A DNA stretch of 39,792 nucleotides from Malacoraja senta. Its lineage: Eukaryota. A model generated the notes under the pieces. The model made no database searches, had not been told where the DNA came from, and saw nothing but the letters and a program-made list of their open reading frames with translations. Within the stretch, counting starts at the first letter, position 1; each line of letters starts with the position of its first letter. The stretch covers positions 1-39,792 of the forward strand of contig JAXLNO010000554.1 in NCBI GenBank assembly GCA_038087875.1. The letters run 5' to 3'. Positions 34,046-39,792 of this stretch are shown here, in pieces. The position numbers and the translations under genes were made by a program.

Positions 34046-35029
34046 TTTTGTGTGTATCTTTGCTTCACTCTCTCTGAGACTTGTGTCGCTACAAACCAAC
34101 GATTTCGGTGACTTGCACCTGGCCACCTCTGGCCCAGATGTCGGTGACGGCCGTCATGACCGCCAGGCACCTGCCAAAGTCTTCGGCTGCAAAAGTCTTT
34201 GATTTGCAATCAAAAATATCTCATAGTGCCTCTGGATCTTACATTCCTAATCATGGTTGTCAAGAAGTTAGTCCTCAAGACAACATAGGTTAGTATTTAT
34301 TTCTGGTGGAGGTGGACTTAAATTTCAAAGTTACTGAGTTCTGATTCTGCTTCATATGTGGAAAGACGTATGACTTTACATGGAAGCATTGGAGAGGATA
34401 CAAACGTGATCAACAGGTGTGGTACTAAAATTGGGAATTACTGCTCATCATTTGATCAATGGGAACAGGAACTTAACAAGATACTAGGGTTCTCCATTTC
34501 ACCCACTACCAACCCATGGCTGATTCCAGACCGAACCATATGTCACTTTAACCACTTCTTTGCTGTGGAGAGCCAGGAGAGGGCTGAGGCCCTCTTTCAG
34601 GTTCCCAGTGTAGTAGTGGAGAGGGCAGCGACTCATGCTAAGTTCCTGACATAGCAGTGTCATCACTGACATATCTAAACAATAAAGCAATGATGATCTA
34701 TTTTAGCATAATTCCACTCCATTATTCCGTTCCTGGAAACATCCTGAGCAGTAAACAAGATGCTGCGTAGCATCAATCCTTTTACTTGGGTCCTTTCACT
34801 TTGTTTGATTTTGTGTTTCACTTTAATAAAGGCCTTCAAAACATCTCTGGTTCTGATGTATCTTTTGCAGGTTAAGAGTTGTGTAGACGAGACGGCCATT
34901 TCACCAAACATTTTCGCTTGTTTCGCCAAGGCCTGCATTTGTTTTTGTGTCCCCCCTGTTCTTCCCCCCCACAGATGCACTCTCATTTCTCCCACCACCC
35001 CCCTCTTCTTTAACCCTCTCCATCCTAAC

Positions 35030-35420
35030 TATATAGAAACATAGAAAATAGGTGCATGAGTAGGCCAATCAGCCCTTGCAGCCAGAACCACCATTCAATA
35101 TTATCATGGCTGATCATCCGGAATCGTAACCTTGTTCCTGCTTTCTCCCCGTATCCTTGATTCCATTAGCCTTAAGTGCTATATCTAACTCTCTCTTGAA
35201 TACATCCAGTGATTTGCCCTGCACTGCCACCTGTGGCATAGAATTCCACAAATTCACAACTCTCTGGGTGAAAAGGTTTTTCCTCATCTCAGTCCTAAAT
35301 GGCCTTCCCCTTATTCTCCCCAACATGGGAAACATTTTTCCTGCATCTAGCCTGTCCAATCACTTAAACATGTTATGTTTCTATAAGATCCCATCTTATG
35401 CTTCGAAATTCCAGTGAATA
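35030..35420 (-). mobile_element. CR1 3' fragment, interrupted by the Helitron
   Basis: Minus-strand FTQRVVNLWNS. The sequence continues across the Helitron as ...CCAGTGAATA|TAAGCCCAGTC. Confidence 0.85.
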
Positions 35421-35719
35421 CTAGACTAAGTGGGACCTGTTGGGTCCCATATTCACACGGGAGGGCTGGTCCCCCGACGCAATATTCCACCTCTCCACCA
35501 ATTCCAATATTGGTGGCCAGTGGGGGGTGGGGGGTGCTTTCTGGAGGGCTGGTATGGGTGTTGTTGGCTGCAGGGACTACTGGTCTCCAGAGGGCTAGTA
35601 TGGACATTGTGGGCAAATGGATTCTTGGGGTGGCAGCTCAGTCCCTCACGCCTGATGTGCTGGCAGCTCACTCACGCTGGTGGGCTAGCAGTTGACTCAC
35701 AGCTATTCCTTGAAATTCC

Positions 35720-36116
35720 ATTTCAAGCAGAGTGCAAGGCCACTAAATTCAAATCCAGTTTCTTACCTCTTCGAGCAGGTGCAAGGCCACAAAATTCATG
35801 TGCAGTTTCATACCACTTCAAGCAGGGTGCAAGGCCACCAAATTCAGGTTCAGTTTCCTACCACATCAAGCATGGTGCAAGGCCACCGAATTCAAGTGCA
35901 GTTTCCAACCACTTCAAGCAGGGTGCAAGGCCACCAAATTCAAGTGCAGTTTCATACCATTTCATGCAGGGTGCAACGACACCACATTCAAATGCAGTTT
36001 CATACCATTTCATGCAGGGTGCAACGACACCACATTCAAATGCAGTTTCATATCATTTCATGCAGGGTGCAAGGCCACCACATTCAAATGCAGTTTCATA
36101 CTATTTCAAGCAGGGT
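35720..36116 (+). repeat. 48-bp minisatellite A (~8 copies) inside the Helitron
   Basis: Unit approximately CAAGCAGGGTGCAAGGCCACCAAATTCAAGTGCAGTTTCATACCAYTT, seen as a 16-aa period in the ORF track. Confidence 0.9.
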
Positions 36117-36495
36117 GGAAACCACCATAAAACCACACAAAACACCACACTCACAGTTCTGTAGACATTCAGTGTGTTCAGTTGATTCACAGCTCAGAGT
36201 CGTGACCTCTCCCCCCCCCATCATGCAGAGACTGAGCCACACCCACACTTCCGGGTTTTATAACCCCCCCCCCCTCCCACCGGAAAAGGTCTGGCCTTCA
36301 TGGCGTGATTAACAGGAGAGAGATTCTCAACATTTTTTAGACACTAATAACACTTTTGTTTTTCATTGATGGGAAGAATCCTCTGTACCTGATGAGCGGA
36401 GGGAACTGAGTAAGATGGCCAAAAATCACAGCTGTAAGTGGTAGCATTTGATCTAAAATCAATATAGTGCAAACAGGAAGTTGTCAAGTTTAGAC

Positions 36496-36968
36496 AAACA
36501 ACCATTTGCAGGCAGTGCTTTTTCACTTCAACCCAAACCCCCCAAACAACCATTTGCAGGCAGTGCCTTTTCACTTCAACCCAAACCCCCCAAACAACCA
36601 TTTGCAGGCAGTGCCTTTTCACTTCAACCGGAACCCCCCAAACAACCATTTGCAGGCAGTGCCTTTTTACTTCAACCCAAACCTCCCAAACAACCATTTG
36701 CAGGCAGTGCCTTTTTACTTCAACCCAAACCCCCCAAACAACCATTTGCAGGCAGTGCCTTTTTACTTCAAACCCAAACCCCCCCAAACAACCATTTGCA
36801 GGCAGTGCCTTTTCACTTCAACCCAAACCCCCAAACAACCATTCGCAGGCAGTGCCTTTTTACTTCAACCCAAACCTCCCAAACAACCATTTGCAGGCAG
36901 TGCCTTTTTACTTCAACCCAAACCCCCCAAATAACCATTTGCAGGCAGTGCCTTTTCACTTCAAACCA
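36496..36968 (+). repeat. 48-bp minisatellite B (~10 copies) inside the Helitron
   Basis: Unit AAACAACCATTTGCAGGCAGTGCCTTTTCACTTCAACCCAAACCCCCC. Confidence 0.92.
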
Positions 36969-38257
36969 ACCATATTTTCATTTTCAAACCACATTAAGGG
37001 CACTCACAGTTGAGTAGACCTGTGTTCAGTGTTATTCATAGCTCAAAGAGACGTGACCCTCTGGCTTCCTCCATCTTGCAGATACTGAGTGAGGCACACC
37101 ACTTCCTGGTTTTATAGTCCCTCCCACTCTCTCCAGCAGGGCAGCAGAGAGAATGGCAAATGTTTTTAAAACATTATATCCCTCTGATTTTTCATCGATG
37201 GGAAAAATCCTCTGGTCCCGGAAGGCGGAGGGGGGGCTCTGAGCGAGGTGGCCAAACATGACGGCCGTAGGTGGCGGCGTTCTCTCGGAAATCACAGCAC
37301 AGCGAGCCAAAAGCGGTCAAGATCAGACTTTTAGTAATATAGATAAGCCCAGTCTAAATTCCAGTGAATATAAGCCCATTATCTCCCTCCCTTCTGCATT
37401 GTATTTCACTCCTTTTCTCTCATTATCTGACAGCCTTGTCTCTTTTTTTTCCATTGTTTATCCGCCCATCCGCCAATAAAACCTCCTCGCCTGTATCCAC
37501 CTATAACTTGCAAGGCTTTGTCTCCTCCCACTTCGTTTTCAGCTTTCTCGCCTTCCCTATTACCACCACAAAAAAAATCACCTAATCATTCCCTTCAGTG
37601 ATGTAGCCTGACCTGCTGAGTTATACCAGCACTGTATCAGGACTTTTTTTCTCTGTTGCCTCCCGGGCAACCTAGGCAGCTTTTTCAGTTGCCAAATGAC
37701 AGTTTAGGTGGTCATTTAAGATGGCTTGCATGGCACATGCGGTAATGTGCTCGGATGAAGTCCGCAGTTACCAGTCGGAATTATGCTCAATGAAGCATTC
37801 ACATATTTTTCAAATAAAGTCATAAACTAAACATATTCACCAATCAAGACATGATATATACCACGATGGCATGCAGCAAAATTATAATACAGTATCTCAA
37901 CTCTTTTTACACATTGCAATGAATGCAATTTCTATTATTTCTTTCCACTTCCAAACAAATGTGGTTGGATTATTCAGCGTATGATCAACCTGTGTCAATA
38001 AATCCTGGACAATGGTAACATATATGCTTAACCATCCACACTACAGATTGTTTTCTGTGTAGGACCGAGAATTATCATGACATGGCCATAGCATGGGTCG
38101 TTATTGGTATATAAACTCTCTTGCTTCCCACATAATTTATCCACAAGAAAATATACAGGTTGCAAGGACATTTCTAAAGGCTTTTTATGATAATAGCTGT
38201 TAAAACTGACGATACCCATCTGACAGGTTAAACATTACACTAACTGACAAGAACTGT

Positions 38258-38692
38258 CTGTGGAATTCTCTGCCTCAGAGGGTGGTGGAGGCCGGTTCTC
38301 TGGATACTTCAAGTCAAGTCAAGTGAGTTTATTGTCATGTGTCCCTGATAGGACAATGAAATTCTTGCTTTGCTACAGCACAACAGAACATAGTAAGGCA
38401 TTGACTACAAGGCATTCTAAAAATATATACCCACATGAGTCAATATACTGATAAAGTGCAAATGACAGTTAATTGGCTAATAAAGTTCAGTGTTATGTCC
38501 GAGCCAGGTTTAATAGCCAGGTTTTAATAATTTCAAGAGAGAGCTAGATAGGGCTCTTAAAGATAGCGTAGTCAGGGGATATGGGGAGAAGGCAGGAACG
38601 GGGTACTAACTGGGGATGATCAGCGATGATCACATTGAATGGCGGTGCTGCCTCGAAGGGCCGAATGACCTATTCCTGAACCTATTGTCTAT
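38258..38692 (+). mobile_element. CR1 3' fragment with a nested minus-strand LINE-tail insertion (about 38313-38530)
   Basis: CR1 3' end motifs on both sides. The insert begins (TCAAG)n...TTTATTGTCAT, and TTCAAG occurs at both junctions. Confidence 0.75.
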
Positions 38693-38894
38693 AAGAGATG
38701 GCCAAATGACATAACTGCAGCAAATGTGCTTTTGGCAATATGTTTAAAGGTGTCAAAAAGCCACATTACAGGACATTCAGATCAGATGTATGTGTTGTGA
38801 ACAGCAATGAAGATACCAAGTTTGTACGCACTAGATTTAAAAAAAAATATTGATAAACGCTGTTTCCATCTTTCCCACTTCAGAATTAACGTTA

Positions 38895-39124
38895 CCCCGC
38901 CCGCCCCCTGAGGCGTCACCATCCCCGCCCGGTGCCCGATCCCCAGCAAACATATTGCTCAACATCTTTGGTGAAGAGAGCCGGCGGACGGATGGTCCTC
39001 CAGGCGGCCGCGCGGATCACAGATGGTCCTCCAGCACAGGCGGGGTGAGCCGAGCGCCGATGGTCCTCCTGGCCGGTCCTCCAGGCGGGGGTGTGAGCCG
39101 AGCGAGGGGGCTGGGCCTGAGCGG

Positions 39125-39157
<33 letters not shown>

Positions 39158-39792
39158 CGCGGGGGGGCGGGGTTCGAGCGCGAGGGGGCGGGGTTGGATT
39201 GAGGGGGGCGGGGTTGGAGCGCGAGGGGGCGGGGTTGGAACGCGAGGGGGCGGGGTTGGAGCGAGGGGGCGGGGTTCGAGCGCGAGGGGGCGGGGTTGGA
39301 TTGAGGGGGGCGGGGTTGGAGCGCGAGGGGGTGGGGTTGGAGCGTGAATGGGGCGGGGTTGGAGCGAGGGGGCGGGGTTGAAGCGAGGGGGCGGGGTTGG
39401 TGAGCGGGTGACGTGCGGCGTGAAGCGCGGAAACCTGGTCTGGGACAAGATGGAAAAGAAGCCGCACTGAGGCTAATACTTTGGATGCGGATGTAGAGGG
39501 CTGAACGTGACGGGCATGCGCCACCCTCGCCGCCCGCCGGCTGTCGTCATCGCCGCTGGAGGAAGGCAGGCAGCGCGCCATGATGTCATTTCCGGGCTAC
39601 GCGCTCACTCACTTCCCTCTCGTCTCCCCCCCCCCCCCCCCTTCCCACCGTGCTCTGGTTCAGCCGAGCGAGCACCGATGATCCTCCGGGCCGGTCCTCC
39701 AGGCGCTTGGTGACGTGGAGCGGGAACAAGATGAAGATCAACCGGCGCTGACCACCCGGACCCTGGTGAGAGAAAGATGGAGAGATAGGGGG
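38895..39792. promoter_or_regulatory. CpG-rich island-like region (promoter versus GC-rich repeat unresolved)
   Basis: Abrupt rise in GC and CpG, many GGGGCGGGG boxes, TGACGT at about 39409 and 39711, and TTCCGG at about 39590. Confidence 0.45.
39157..39400 (+). repeat. ~19-21-bp G-rich tandem repeat preceded by (GA)n
   Basis: Unit approximately GCGCGAGGGGGCGGGGTTGGA, about 12 copies. Confidence 0.9.

Larger units (their letters stand above)
35421..37343 (-). mobile_element. Non-autonomous Helitron (1923 bp)
   Basis: The minus strand begins TC(TATATTACTAAAAG) and ends with the hairpin TGGGACC-CAACA-GGTCCCA followed by CTTAGT-CTAG. It is inserted between A and T with no TSD, and the CR1 empty site can be reconstructed. 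Confidence 0.88.

Noticed and set aside
35430..37017. ORFs with 16-aa repeats (for example QGARPPNSSAVSYHFK and KQPFAGSAFSLQPKPP)
   Set aside because: These are translations of 48-bp minisatellites inside a Helitron and are open in multiple frames.

Overview
This is eukaryotic, repeat-dominated genomic DNA with no intact host protein-coding gene that I can recognise. The repeat repertoire (HE1/V-SINE, many CR1-type LINEs, Rex1-type LINEs, Penelope-like termini) points to a cartilaginous fish, probably a skate or ray; that assignment is inference. The window holds two decayed Ty3/Gypsy LTR retrotransposons and a near full-length CR1 LINE, plus many fragments. It also holds a 5'-truncated L1 with a 15-bp TSD, three TIR-bearing MITEs, a 1.9-kb non-autonomous Helitron with two 48-bp minisatellites, and a CpG-rich end. 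Many long ORFs in the supplied track are low-complexity artefacts. The most unusual structure is about 7 kb of one-strand polypyrimidine (CT) DNA between about 2240 and 22270. It is punctuated by at least 14 co-oriented copies of a conserved ~55-bp cassette (CCCTCAAATCCAGCACCAAAGATAATTGTAATATAGTGGAGGTGAGAGATTGTC) with micro-exon-like splice signals and an imperfect dyad. Hammerhead-ribozyme-like cores also occur in the Penelope-type repeat ends. Family assignments come from motif recognition, not database searches, and fragment boundaries are approximate unless a TSD or TIR is quoted.
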